Assembly: GCF_054482525.1 (NCBI RefSeq)
Contig: NZ_JBTHVG010000003.1
Direction: 5' to 3' (one strand)
DNA: 64,000 nucleotides
DNA from: a plasmid
Part shown: positions 1-9,344 of the stretch, piece after piece
Numbering within the stretch: position 1 is the stretch's first letter
Layout of the letters: the number at the start of each line of letters is the position of its first letter
Position numbers and translations under genes: made by a program
Notes under the pieces: model-generated
Told to the model about the DNA's origin: nothing
The model's input: the letters and a program-made list of their open reading frames with translations, nothing else
Databases searched by the model: none

Positions 1-876
1 ATGATTAAAAACAACGAGTTAATCCATCCTTTTGACGTAACCAGTAATGAATCAGGTAAGACTTATCAACTGACGCCTAACTCGTCCAAGTCGGTTCAGC
101 CCGTGGCCCTGTTGAGATTGAGTGTATTTACCCCTGTCGGCACAAAAGAAAACCGCGACCGAAACTTTGAAGTTGATGCCTCTGATGAGCTTTCGTGTAT
201 GGAAATTGCAAGATCGGAGGGTTATGACGACATCAAGATAACTGGTGTCAAACTATCTATGTCTACCGACTTTAAGTGCTGGCTCGGGATCATCATGGCT
301 TTCAGTAAATATGGTTTTACTTCCGAGAAGATTACCCTGACTTTTAACGAGTTTGCGAAGATGTGTGGTATCAGTTCAACAAACATCAACAAACGAACTC
401 GTGCGCGCTTTAAAGAGTCATTAATGAACCTTGCATCGGTAGTGCTTGCCTTCTCAGACTCTCGGAGTGGTCGGTTCACAGTAACGCATCTGGTGCAGAA
501 GGCTATGATTGATCCAAAAAGCGATACTGTTGAGTTGGTTGGGGATCCTTCTATGTGGGAACTGTATCGTTACGACCATAAGACATTGTTAAGCCTTCAG
601 GTTCTATACATTTTGGCTAAAAAAGAAGCTGCGCAATCTCTCTATATTTATTTTGAAGCAATGCCAGCTGGTACGTTGTTCGTTAATATGAAACGGTTGA
701 GGGAAAGGTTGCTTCTTACAACCCCTATTCGTACGCAAAACCAGATAATTCGTAAAGCAATGCGGGAACTTGAATCTATCGGATATCTCGATTATCAAGA
801 AGTTAAGAAAGGTCGCGACATACAATTTCAGATCTTCAAAAGAAGCCCTAAGCTGGCCCTCGCCAAACAAGGTTGA
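1..876 (+). CDS. repA: Plasmid replication initiator RepA, Rep_3 family (RepFIB-like)
   Basis: 291-aa ORF. By-eye similarity to E. coli RepFIB RepA (LTPNSSKSVQPVALLRLSVFTP near N-terminus, IGYLDYQEVKKGR near C-terminus). Followed by iteron-like repeats. ORF begins at window base 1, so completeness of the 5' end cannot be checked. Confidence 0.8.
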   Translation: MIKNNELIHPFDVTSNESGKTYQLTPNSSKSVQPVALLRLSVFTPVGTKENRDRNFEVDASDELSCMEIARSEGYDDIKITGVKLSMSTDFKCWLGIIMAFSKYGFTSEKITLTFNEFAKMCGISSTNINKRTRARFKESLMNLASVVLAFSDSRSGRFTVTHLVQKAMIDPKSDTVELVGDPSMWELYRYDHKTLLSLQVLYILAKKEAAQSLYIYFEAMPAGTLFVNMKRLRERLLLTTPIRTQNQIIRKAMRELESIGYLDYQEVKKGRDIQFQIFKRSPKLALAKQG

Positions 877-1109
877 AAGCTACCAGGTATGCACTGGTTA
901 TAACATGCTGAAAAATAAGTTATTTATCAGTGCTATGCTTAGTGCTTCTTTTACTACTGGTCTTACATCTCGGCTTAATGTGCAAAAAAGTAACTTTTCA
1001 AACGAACTCCTGACTATTCATCTGTATGCCTTTCTGGCTCAAGCGTACATGCTAGCCCATTCATTAAATGCCGTGGAGCAAGATGGTTTCGTGCGCACTC
1101 TATTCACGT

Positions 1110-1600
1110 GAATGCCTTTTGTGGATTACGCCTCTTACATTCATACAAATGCTTTTGATGTCGGTATCCCAAAAAATCATTCATTGAAATGCTTTTGTTT
1201 GCCACTGTATCCCGAGCATAGCTATGCAGTGGTATAAAAAGGCATTTTGGTGAATGGCATTAGGTCGAATGACACACAGTACAGCTTTGTTAAGAGCGAG
1301 AATGGTCCAAGACATCTATGACATTGGGCATCAGAAGGACTATGTGTTTGATATGAGATCAAAAAAATATCAGAAGCATCACAACTCCAATGGCATTCAA
1401 AGAAATGCCTTTGTTTTGTTAGTACACCAAACAACCCAAAATTCATGCAGTTATATCAAAGACTCATTCGCAAAAGGACTCAGCCAGAAAGCATTTGCTT
1501 AAATAGCATTGGCCAAAAGCATTCGAATGAATGATGTTCATATGGACAAGACAAAGTCCCACTCACGCCCAGAGGTGTAAAAGGCATTTAGATGAATGAC
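1110..1600. repeat. Iteron-like repeat cluster downstream of repA (core AATGCCTTTTG / CAAAAGGCATT in both orientations, about 8-9 copies)
   Basis: Repeated motifs seen directly: gtgaatgccttttgtgg, caaatgcttttgatg, gaaatgcttttgttt, aaaaggcattttggtgaatggcatt, gaaatgcctttgttttg, ccaaaagcattcgaatgaatg, taaaaggcatttagatgaatgac. No long ORF with coding character in this stretch. Confidence 0.55.
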
Positions 1601-2024
1601 GCACCGGCCGAGGATTGTATGTAGTTTCTCCAACTGATAGTTGCCGAACCAGGGAGCACAGTGATATGCGGCCTTCTCAGAATCAAGAGATAGATATTAA
1701 GGGAACAAAAAAGATTAGATATGAAGCTTAGTTACCTGCCCGATATCTAGTTAGAGCTTTTCAAACCATCAAAAGTGACTTTTATGCTTGAGGAGTCTCA
1801 TCAGCTTCAGGATTGAGCTTAACGTAATCTTACCCCCTCCCCTCTTTCAAACTTTTACTAAGCGTTCACTGGTACTTTTCAAAGATTATGCTTTAGGCCC
1901 CTTTGCTTAAAAATTCACCAATCGCTAAACGTTAAAAAAAGGGGGTTTATGCGAACGGAAGGATCGGAATAAAAAAGTATTATTCATTCGCGTTTACGTG
2001 AACTCAAATCTACACGGAGTAATT

Positions 2025-2378
2025 ATGGAACTTTCTTTAAATATTGGCCTTAGTGAAAAGAAATCTAACACGGCTGCACTTTTTAAAACAAAAAGCGCAA
2101 AAGTGATTTTGTTTGTTCTGCTGACCGTGCTTTTTTGCGGTCTGGCATATGCGGGTTCAGATGATGGGGCACTGGGAGATATTTGGTCATACATGAGTGA
2201 AAGTATGACTGGAGCTCCGGGCAAAATTCTGGCAGCCGCGATGTTGATCTCAAGCGTATATTTCTCTGTCCTTAAGCCTAACCCGGGCCTGGCACTGGTT
2301 TCATTATTCATGATGCTGGTAATGGCCAACGGCGAGAAAATTATCAGCACCTTTATGGATGCTGGCGTACCGCTGTAA
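2025..2378 (+). CDS. traA: Conjugative pilin precursor (TraA/TrhA-like)
   Basis: Small protein with a long leader, probable cleavage after LAYA, and a mature part with two hydrophobic segments. GGAG ribosome-binding site 7 bp upstream of the ATG at 2025 (the track ORF starts at 1998). Sits at the head of the traL-traE-traK-traB cluster. Confidence 0.5.
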   Translation: MELSLNIGLSEKKSNTAALFKTKSAKVILFVLLTVLFCGLAYAGSDDGALGDIWSYMSESMTGAPGKILAAAMLISSVYFSVLKPNPGLALVSLFMMLVMANGEKIISTFMDAGVPL

Positions 2379-2400
2379 TTTATTGTTAATCATGCATGAG

Positions 2401-2412
2401 GGGGTTCATCCC
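2401..2412. repeat. Target-site duplication (GGGGTTCATCCC), left copy, flanking IS186
   Basis: The identical 12-mer occurs immediately outside both terminal inverted repeats (2401-2412 and 3750-3761). Confidence 0.7.
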
Positions 2413-3749
2413 ATAAGCGCTAACTTAAGGGTTGAACCATCTGAAGAATGCGACGCCTCGGTGCCTCGTTAAGACGATGCCTCGCGTTCTTCAATTGCGT
2501 TTTGTAGGCTGTCAGGGATACTGTCCCACGAATGGCCACCTGTAAGCTCCAGATGACCATTTTTGTTATTCTCCACAACGAGTTAGTTCTTCTTTTCGGA
2601 TCCGGCACTTCTGGGGGGGAAATCCAGCGATGGCTGGATTATGTCGTCAATTAAAAATGCGGCGAGTAGATTAGCAAATATCCACGCTTTCGCGAGTTCA
2701 GGTTCCTTTGCACGCAAAGCATCCAGGTGCAGCAAACTTTTGAGCCGCTTAAAAGCCAGTTCAATTTGCCATCGCAGACGGTAACAATCAGCCACTTGCT
2801 CTGCTGAATATTCATCTTCCGGTAATGATGTTAGCAATAGCACATGGCCCGCTGCTTCCAGCGTTTCCGCCTGAACTACTCGTCCTTTTCGACGATTCTC
2901 GCTGAGCAGTCGGGTTTTACTGATTAATGCTTTTTCGGGAGGAAGTGATACGGCAATGAGACGTGCCGGAAAGGGAGCTCCGGCTTTTTTATTACCTGAA
3001 TTGCCTATCATTACAGTGGTTTCACCGTTCTTACCGCAATCCAGCCCGCGCAGAAAACCCATCATGTCAAAGCGCATTCCTTCTGCAGTTAACCAGCGCA
3101 ATCCTCGCCAGTGAACCCGGACGATATAATCAGCTTCTCCAAAAGCAAGTGAGCGGATACATTCGGGACGCGAACCGAATCCCCGGTCAGCAATGCGTAT
3201 CTCGTCTGCCGTTTGCGCAAATCGGTCCAGCCGTTCAGCGTCTCTGCTGTCGGTTAGCTCAAAATCAGTGAACTGACAGGTATGAGGATCATATCCCATA
3301 TGTAGTCGCCATTCAGCGCTGCCGCCCCCGGGCGCACTGATTGCTGTTCCATCGACAAGACGCAATCTCTTTCCGCTTGTACAACCCGTAACTGCGGCGC
3401 GTACAGCAAGTGTTTGTGCGGCAAGTATGCCAAACCAGTCGGCGGCATTCCGCAGCCGCTTCAGGAGAGCCACGTCAGATAATGTTGCAACGTCATGGAG
3501 CTGAGCCCATGCAGTGACTTCACGTAATGACATCCCCCCGGGGCCGTAAGCCAGCCCCAGACGTAGCAGAGTTGCAGCATCACGAATTTCGCGGCGGCGG
3601 GTTAGAGCCCCGGCATTACGTGCCGAAGTATCCAGTTCTTCGGGCTTACCAATATGGGCCAGAATTGCTGACCAGTTATCGTGAGAGTAATTCATCGGCA
3701 CGTTAAATCATATCAGGCGTAATACCACAACCCTTAAGTTAGCGCTTAT
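2413..3749 (-). mobile_element. IS186-like insertion sequence (IS4 family), about 1337 bp, with terminal inverted repeats ATAAGCGCTAACTTAAGGGTTG
   Basis: Perfect inverted repeats at 2413-2434 and 3728-3749 enclose one transposase ORF. The protein sequence matches my recollection of the E. coli IS186 transposase (MNYSHDNWSAILAHIGKPEE...). Flanked by a 12-bp direct repeat. Confidence 0.85.
2583..3701 (-). CDS. insL: IS186 transposase (DDE, IS4 family)
   Basis: 372-aa ORF filling the IS. Recognised from memory as IS186 InsL-like; the true start may be the third codon (MNYSH...). Confidence 0.85.
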   Translation of the reverse strand: MPMNYSHDNWSAILAHIGKPEELDTSARNAGALTRRREIRDAATLLRLGLAYGPGGMSLREVTAWAQLHDVATLSDVALLKRLRNAADWFGILAAQTLAVRAAVTGCTSGKRLRLVDGTAISAPGGGSAEWRLHMGYDPHTCQFTDFELTDSRDAERLDRFAQTADEIRIADRGFGSRPECIRSLAFGEADYIVRVHWRGLRWLTAEGMRFDMMGFLRGLDCGKNGETTVMIGNSGNKKAGAPFPARLIAVSLPPEKALISKTRLLSENRRKGRVVQAETLEAAGHVLLLTSLPEDEYSAEQVADCYRLRWQIELAFKRLKSLLHLDALRAKEPELAKAWIFANLLAAFLIDDIIQPSLDFPPRSAGSEKKN

Positions 3750-3761
3750 GGGGTTCATCCC
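3750..3761. repeat. Target-site duplication (GGGGTTCATCCC), right copy, flanking IS186
   Basis: Same 12-mer as at 2401-2412, immediately outside the right inverted repeat. Confidence 0.7.
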
Positions 3762-3777
3762 CCTCTCTGGATTTTTA

Positions 3778-4095
3778 ATGAGTAAGCAGAACGACGTTCC
3801 TCAGCATACCTATAGATTCCCTTTCAGGATCAACATGCCTCTACTGATTTTGTTTTGGGATGCAAAAAAAATAGGGCTTGCATTCATTCTGGTTGCATTT
3901 GGGAATATCTTCGAATGCTTCGGGTTTTCTGTTGTAGTAGCGGTTGTATATTGGATTGCGTATAACAAAGCAGCTGAGTCAGGAATAAGAGGATTGCTAA
4001 AACACAGACTCTGGTGGCTCGGTTTTTTGCCAGGTAAAGCAGTTTTTAGTAGCCGTTATTTCAACGATCCATTTATCAGAGATTTGTATTCTTGA
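3778..4095 (+). CDS. traL: T4SS protein TraL-like (VirB3-like)
   Basis: 105 aa. YRFP motif near the N-terminus and a hydrophobic core, resembling F TraL. First gene after the IS186 insertion. The track ORF start at 3748 lies within the target duplication, so the ATG at 3778 is preferred. Confidence 0.55.
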   Translation: MSKQNDVPQHTYRFPFRINMPLLILFWDAKKIGLAFILVAFGNIFECFGFSVVVAVVYWIAYNKAAESGIRGLLKHRLWWLGFLPGKAVFSSRYFNDPFIRDLYS

Positions 4096-4106
4096 TGGAG
4101 CTATGA

Positions 4107-4895
4107 ATGAAAATGCTAAGTGGCATTAACATCCCTTTTTTCAAAAAATCTAAAAAGGATGAAAACGGTGATCTTGAACAGTCATACGTAAAGAAAGATG
4201 AAAGTGCTAAGGGACGTTTTTTGGACATTAAAAAACGATTTAGCCCACAAGCTGAAGCGTCAGGTGCTGGAATTACATACAGCGCCCTGATTAATCGTGA
4301 TACAAAACTTATCCGCATTAATACTGTTTCAATAGCCGTCATTGGGTTATTGGTTGCAAAGATTCTTTTTTTCACTGACCCAGTGACGATTGTTACCCCT
4401 CCAAACATGAATGAAGAGATCACGGTTGTTGGTAACAAAGCATCGGAATCTTATAAAACACAATGGGCTCTCTTTTTTAGTACCCTTTTAGGGAATATTA
4501 ATCCAACTAATATTTCCTTTGTGACGGCCTATGTCCTCGATGCCCTTTCACCTGAACTACAGGCTAAAACGAGTGAGTCTTTACAGGAGCAGATAAATAT
4601 CATGCAGGCTCGTGGTGTTGAGCAGACCTTTAAGCCTAATGATATTTACTTTGATCCAAAAAATGACATGGTCTATGTCTGGGGTACCAAAACGACTCGA
4701 CTTGTAAATGTTCCGGACAAAACTGAATCATCGAAATGGACTTATGAATGGGTTCTCGGGATGAAAAATGGTCGCCCAAGAATTGCATATGTAAATCAAT
4801 ATTCCGGAACACCGAATATTAAAAAAATTACGATAAACGGCAAAGAGCAACTGGCAACGCTGGATAATCCGCCACCGTCTACAGGTAACAAGTGA
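4107..4895 (+). CDS. traE: T4SS protein TraE-like (VirB5/TraE family), N-terminal membrane anchor
   Basis: 262 aa, one N-terminal transmembrane segment then a periplasmic domain. Position between traL and traK. GGAG ribosome-binding site upstream. Confidence 0.55.
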   Translation: MKMLSGINIPFFKKSKKDENGDLEQSYVKKDESAKGRFLDIKKRFSPQAEASGAGITYSALINRDTKLIRINTVSIAVIGLLVAKILFFTDPVTIVTPPNMNEEITVVGNKASESYKTQWALFFSTLLGNINPTNISFVTAYVLDALSPELQAKTSESLQEQINIMQARGVEQTFKPNDIYFDPKNDMVYVWGTKTTRLVNVPDKTESSKWTYEWVLGMKNGRPRIAYVNQYSGTPNIKKITINGKEQLATLDNPPPSTGNK

Positions 4896-6166
4896 TGATT
4901 AAAAAAAAGGGCTTAGGGTTCAACGCAATTACCGCATTGATCATGCTCACGACTTCGAACTGCGTAATCGCTGAAGAATACCAATTGCCAGCAACAATTA
5001 ATAACCCGGTTGTAATGCCAGTTGGTGCTGACGGATTTCAGAATGGAGCTGCAAAAGCCATTATTCCGGGTCAAGCTGGTTCTGAACAGTCAGGTGCACA
5101 AACAAACCTTAGTGAAGCCGGTAATGCGCAGGGACAAAAACCTACAACTGATCTCCCTACCGTGCAACTTTCCCCAGCCAGCAATGCTTCGCCTGCGGTA
5201 AGCGCTATTACTGGAGCATTATCAAATAATCCTAGTCTCCCCGGATTTGACGCACAGACCCGCTCTGGTGCAATTGATAGCTATGGGAGACCAACAGGTA
5301 CCTCTTCCCAGCAGAATGCAACCAATGCGACCGCCACGTCAAAAGCCGATGAACTTTATGTCGAAGCTCGTAACCGATATAAAGAAGTTCAGCGTGTAAA
5401 TGTGCCGCCTGGTGGGAATGTGGTACTGCCAGTTTCACGAGGACTTCAAAACAGAATATCGACCAGCTTCAAGAATGCTTCTGTCAGCACTTCTACCCCT
5501 GCTGAAGAGGCAAGCATATTTGTTAATGGTGGCGATGTCTTTATTTCAACTAATACCGATAAACCAATCGGGATTATGTTGTCGGAAGATCAGGTACCTG
5601 AATCGACCTATAACCTGACCCTGGTACCGCTTGATGTTCCCGGTGCGATGATTTCAGTTACTACATCTTTAAGCCCATCTATGCAAGCCAAACGTGAAAC
5701 CTCATTGGATAAGCAAAACTATGAGGAAATGTTGGCCCGCTCCCAGTCAGAAGAACTGGCTCCATCGGATCCAAAACAAGACGATCATAAACAAAGAATC
5801 ATTGATTTATTGACTCCTGTGGCTCTTGGTGAGGTCCCTTCAGGATTCAGTTTACAACAGGACCGACTTTCTCGTATTCCTGCGTCAGAGCAGTCCCCAT
5901 GTAACTTTAATATGTATGCAAAGCTCGGTCAGAGACTGGTTGGCTCACGTGAACTTATTGATGTAATTCTTGTGAAAAACGATAAACCATACGGTCAAAT
6001 CGTTGCTGATCAGCAGTGTATGGCAGAAGGCGTTATTGCAAGTGCTTTATTTGATAAAGCATACCTGCAACCGGGAGAAGAAACAGAGCTTTACATAGTC
6101 CGGGATAAATTGTTCAAGGAACGCGAGGCCCGGGTTACAACCAGACCAAGTCTAATCAGAAAATAA
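4895..6166 (+). CDS. traK: T4SS protein TraK-like (VirB9/secretin-like) with a long low-complexity N-terminal extension
   Basis: Signal peptide. C-terminus (ELYIVRDK...) resembles F TraK (DVYVIRDG). ATG at 4895 overlaps the traE stop (ATGA). About 424 aa versus about 240 in F; the N-terminal half is rich in A/S/T/Q/N/P. Confidence 0.55.
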   Translation: MIKKKGLGFNAITALIMLTTSNCVIAEEYQLPATINNPVVMPVGADGFQNGAAKAIIPGQAGSEQSGAQTNLSEAGNAQGQKPTTDLPTVQLSPASNASPAVSAITGALSNNPSLPGFDAQTRSGAIDSYGRPTGTSSQQNATNATATSKADELYVEARNRYKEVQRVNVPPGGNVVLPVSRGLQNRISTSFKNASVSTSTPAEEASIFVNGGDVFISTNTDKPIGIMLSEDQVPESTYNLTLVPLDVPGAMISVTTSLSPSMQAKRETSLDKQNYEEMLARSQSEELAPSDPKQDDHKQRIIDLLTPVALGEVPSGFSLQQDRLSRIPASEQSPCNFNMYAKLGQRLVGSRELIDVILVKNDKPYGQIVADQQCMAEGVIASALFDKAYLQPGEETELYIVRDKLFKEREARVTTRPSLIRK

Positions 6167-6167
6167 T

Positions 6168-6629
6168 ATGGGAAAAGTTACTTTGCCTGCTCTGCTTGGG
6201 GCCACCGTGATTGGTTTTGTCGTATTTGCTTTAACCAGCTTTTACTACAGGTCAGAATATATACCAAAAAGGAGTGTATTAATCGTTCCGGACGCACCCA
6301 TTAGTATCGAAGATGGCAGTAACGCTTTTCCCGTTCAGACAGTAATAATGAACGATCCAACTCTTATTGATAAATTTGTAGGAGAGGACAATATTAATGA
6401 GGAGAATGCTTTTGACTATCACAAAAGTAACGTTTTGGAACCTAATTACAAACATGAAATATCTAGAACGAGCCAGATAGATAAAGCTGAAATGAATCAT
6501 CCATCTGTTCGTGAAAACTGGGCCAGAGCAGGTGATCCCTATATCGTTCCTCAGATGTCTGACAGCGAACGAAATCTAAAAATTAAACGATTCCAGAAAC
6601 CTACAAGTGGAGCTAATCATGGACATTAA
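6168..6629 (+). CDS. Hypothetical small membrane protein
   Basis: 153-aa ORF with an N-terminal hydrophobic segment, tightly packed between traK and traB. Confidence 0.3.
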   Translation: MGKVTLPALLGATVIGFVVFALTSFYYRSEYIPKRSVLIVPDAPISIEDGSNAFPVQTVIMNDPTLIDKFVGEDNINEENAFDYHKSNVLEPNYKHEISRTSQIDKAEMNHPSVRENWARAGDPYIVPQMSDSERNLKIKRFQKPTSGANHGH

Positions 6630-7974
6630 AAAGGCCTGGGAAAATAAGACCGTCAGACTTTCTGTTATTGGCGCTCTGCTGGTAGTGATTGTTTATATTA
6701 TTAGCCAGTCTATTTTTTCCACACCAGTTAAGAAAGAAAAGAAAACACAGAAAAAAGACATGCAGACCAATTTGTTGTTAGATGATTCGCAAATGAACAA
6801 ATTGAGTAATGAAGAAAGCCAGAAAGTATATAAGGAAATGGTTAAGCAAAACCGACTTGATCAAAATGCGGCGAAAGAGGACCGCGAAAAAGCAGAAAAA
6901 GCCCAACAGGAAACTAAAGCCCAAGTTGCAAGTTTAACTTCTCAACTTCAGCAACTGTCTCAGCAAATTAATGATATGCAGACTAATCGAAACGGCAATC
7001 GTAACTTGGATGCTGGTAGTTCGCGTAAAACGATTAATGAGCAGGCACCGGCAGCTCCTTATCAGCTTAATGCTAATGCGCCGATTAATGGCGTAAACCC
7101 TAATTACGCGTCTATCACACCTACGCGTAATAGCCCGATGAGAACAATCACACAAAGTTCCATTAAGACTAATGGTACCGATGGTGTCATTCAGGTTATG
7201 CCCGTGTCTGAAAACAGAATCAAGGAAGGCAGAGAGGTCATTGCAGGAGATAAAGCGCCTACTCGGACTGTACGAGGTGATGGTACTGCGCCAGTTGATA
7301 GCAAAGCGCGGCATGCTGCCCGAAAAGATGAAATGTTTCTTCCGGCAACATCTATTATCACTGGTGTTCTGATTACCGGGCTTGAAGCGCCTACAAGCCT
7401 TTCTTCCAAATCAGAACCAATGCCAGTAACAATGCGTATTAAAAAAGATGTCATCATGCCCAATAATTTCACCATGGATTTGCGTGACTGTAACCTTCTG
7501 GGTTCAGCTGTTGGTGATTTGGCGTCACAGCGTGCTTACATACGTGCCACTTCTATCTCTTGTGTTAATTCAAAAGGGAAAGCTTTTGACGTAAAACTGG
7601 AAGCATATGCTGTAAGTGAAAATGACGGAAAAAATGGGATCCGAGGCACGCTTATCAGCCGAAATGGTAACGCAATTGCAGGAGCTGCATTTGCCGGTGG
7701 ACTTTCTTCACTTGCCGGTAGCTTAAGCCCCAGTAAGGTATCTTCACTTAACATCGACCCTAATTCACAGGCTCAGTATCAGTCCCCTAATTTTGGTGCA
7801 CTTGGGGCATTAGCCGGGGCTGGTGCAGCTCAAGGTGGCCTTAATCGACTCGTCGATTACTACACCGCAATTGCAGAACAACAGTGGCCAATCGTAGAAA
7901 TTAGCCCTGGCCGAGCTATTACATTTGTCGTTCAGACCGGAACTACAATTCCAACGAATCTGACCAGTCGCTGA
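6619..7974 (+). CDS. traB: T4SS protein TraB-like (VirB10 family)
   Basis: N-terminal transmembrane segment, Q/K-rich coiled-coil region, glycine-rich C-terminal domain. GGAG ribosome-binding site 6 bp before the ATG at 6619. Gene order traK-traB. Confidence 0.6.
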   Translation: MDIKKAWENKTVRLSVIGALLVVIVYIISQSIFSTPVKKEKKTQKKDMQTNLLLDDSQMNKLSNEESQKVYKEMVKQNRLDQNAAKEDREKAEKAQQETKAQVASLTSQLQQLSQQINDMQTNRNGNRNLDAGSSRKTINEQAPAAPYQLNANAPINGVNPNYASITPTRNSPMRTITQSSIKTNGTDGVIQVMPVSENRIKEGREVIAGDKAPTRTVRGDGTAPVDSKARHAARKDEMFLPATSIITGVLITGLEAPTSLSSKSEPMPVTMRIKKDVIMPNNFTMDLRDCNLLGSAVGDLASQRAYIRATSISCVNSKGKAFDVKLEAYAVSENDGKNGIRGTLISRNGNAIAGAAFAGGLSSLAGSLSPSKVSSLNIDPNSQAQYQSPNFGALGALAGAGAAQGGLNRLVDYYTAIAEQQWPIVEISPGRAITFVVQTGTTIPTNLTSR

Positions 7975-7981
7975 GGTTTAA

Positions 7982-8464
7982 ATGGATAGTTTAGAAAAAA
8001 AAGAATCGACTGAATCAGCTGGACCTGAAATCACTAAAAAAATGGTGCGAGAAAGGACAACAAAAAAAATTACCTTCGAAATTGATATTGAAAAAATATT
8101 GAAGTATTTATTTTTCTTCGCCTTTGCCGTTTTGGTCATTATTTATGGTTATAAAGGCTTTATGAATGTTTACGATTACTTCAATAAACAATCACAGCCT
8201 TCGTACAAGATTGCAGTGCTTGACATGCCTGAATTACGTAAGGAATTTTTCAAGCATCACGGAGGCCGTACTGCTGACAATGATAGAACTCAATTCGAAG
8301 AATATTTCAGAACATTAATGAAGATCTACCGTGACCGTGGCTATTTAATTATTGATGCAACGCTTGCCGTTACTGTACCGGATAGTGTTGAAATCGTCAC
8401 TTATATGGAACTTGAAGATAGCTCTGAAGCGGTACAATCAAGTTCTTATAATGCAAAGAAGTAG
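7982..8464 (+). CDS. Hypothetical membrane-anchored protein
   Basis: 160-aa ORF with one hydrophobic segment (YLFFFAFAVLVIIYGY). Confidence 0.3.
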   Translation: MDSLEKKESTESAGPEITKKMVRERTTKKITFEIDIEKILKYLFFFAFAVLVIIYGYKGFMNVYDYFNKQSQPSYKIAVLDMPELRKEFFKHHGGRTADNDRTQFEEYFRTLMKIYRDRGYLIIDATLAVTVPDSVEIVTYMELEDSSEAVQSSSYNAKK

Positions 8465-9335
8465 AGGGCACCCAATAGTGAAAAAGTTACTTTTCCCTTT
8501 AATGGCGGCTTTCGCCATTATGGCGAATACGGTCACTTATGCTTCAGAGCAGGTCCTAACTAATAGTGATGCTGCTGCGTTAATGGCAAAGGCAAAGGAA
8601 GGCGGCGTTTCACCCAGTCAGATCTCGGGTGCGTTATCAAAAATGAAAGGATATAAACCTAAGGATGCCATATACATTCCTTCTGGTGGGCTATACCTCT
8701 TTCAGGACGAGCGTTCGCAGCTAATGGCAGTAACGACCGATGGCCGATACTCCCTTACTGGGGGAAGCCTTGTTGATGTAATTAAACGTAAACCTGTTCT
8801 GACTGTAGAAGAAATCAGAAATTCCTATTTTATTAGTCTTGATGAGGCCCCCTTCCCTCTGGAAACTGTAGCGTCCATTCATCTGGGAAATTCAAAGCTT
8901 AAGAGACAAGCAGCCATTTTCTTAACACTTGATTGTGACGGTTGCATGGAACTTGTTAAGAAATTTTATGCAGATCGGGACAAGTATCGGATAGATATTG
9001 TTTTAGTTCCCTCACCCGGTGAGCCAAAAGAAGAGCTTAGAAGGCTCTGGTGTAGTAAAGAAAAAGGAAAAATAAACAACCTCGATATTCTTCGTTGGCT
9101 AATGGGAAGCAAATCCGACATTGAAAAAAGATTGCTCTCTCAAAAAGAAGCAGAAGAATGTCCGGCGGAACCTTTGGTAGCGTCATTGATGCTCGCAGGA
9201 ATTTATAAATTGCAGGGTGTACCTTCAGTTGTCAGACAGGATGGTTTGGCTGGTAATGGCATTCCAAAAGATTTCGACTACTGGTTGAACCAAAGCGTTG
9301 AACCTCTCTTAAAAAATCCATTTGAGACAAATTAA
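8451..9335 (+). CDS. Thiol:disulfide interchange protein, DsbC/TrbB-like (CxxC)
   Basis: Signal-peptide-like N-terminus (KKLLFPLMAAFAIMANTVTYA) and a CxxC motif (LDCDGCMELVKK). Location inside a tra cluster, as for DsbC/TrbB homologues. Start is ambiguous: ATG at 8451 or GTG at 8478. Confidence 0.5.
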   Translation: MQRSRGHPIVKKLLFPLMAAFAIMANTVTYASEQVLTNSDAAALMAKAKEGGVSPSQISGALSKMKGYKPKDAIYIPSGGLYLFQDERSQLMAVTTDGRYSLTGGSLVDVIKRKPVLTVEEIRNSYFISLDEAPFPLETVASIHLGNSKLKRQAAIFLTLDCDGCMELVKKFYADRDKYRIDIVLVPSPGEPKEELRRLWCSKEKGKINNLDILRWLMGSKSDIEKRLLSQKEAEECPAEPLVASLMLAGIYKLQGVPSVVRQDGLAGNGIPKDFDYWLNQSVEPLLKNPFETN

Positions 9336-9344
9336 GGCTAGTTT

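Noticed and set aside
222-1111. ORFs overlapping or antisense to repA (222-479 minus, 604-870 minus, 770-1111 plus)
   Set aside because: They lie within or overlap the well-supported repA frame and the iteron region; no ribosome-binding sites and no recognisable motifs.
2963-3448. ORFs antisense to the IS186 transposase (2963-3271 plus, 3254-3448 minus)
   Set aside because: Embedded within the transposase coding region of a recognised IS; no support as separate genes.
8352-8450. Track start (TTG at 8352) for the DsbC-like ORF
   Set aside because: It would overlap the preceding gene by more than 100 bp. The signal peptide begins only after the ATG at 8451 or GTG at 8478, near the upstream gene's stop.
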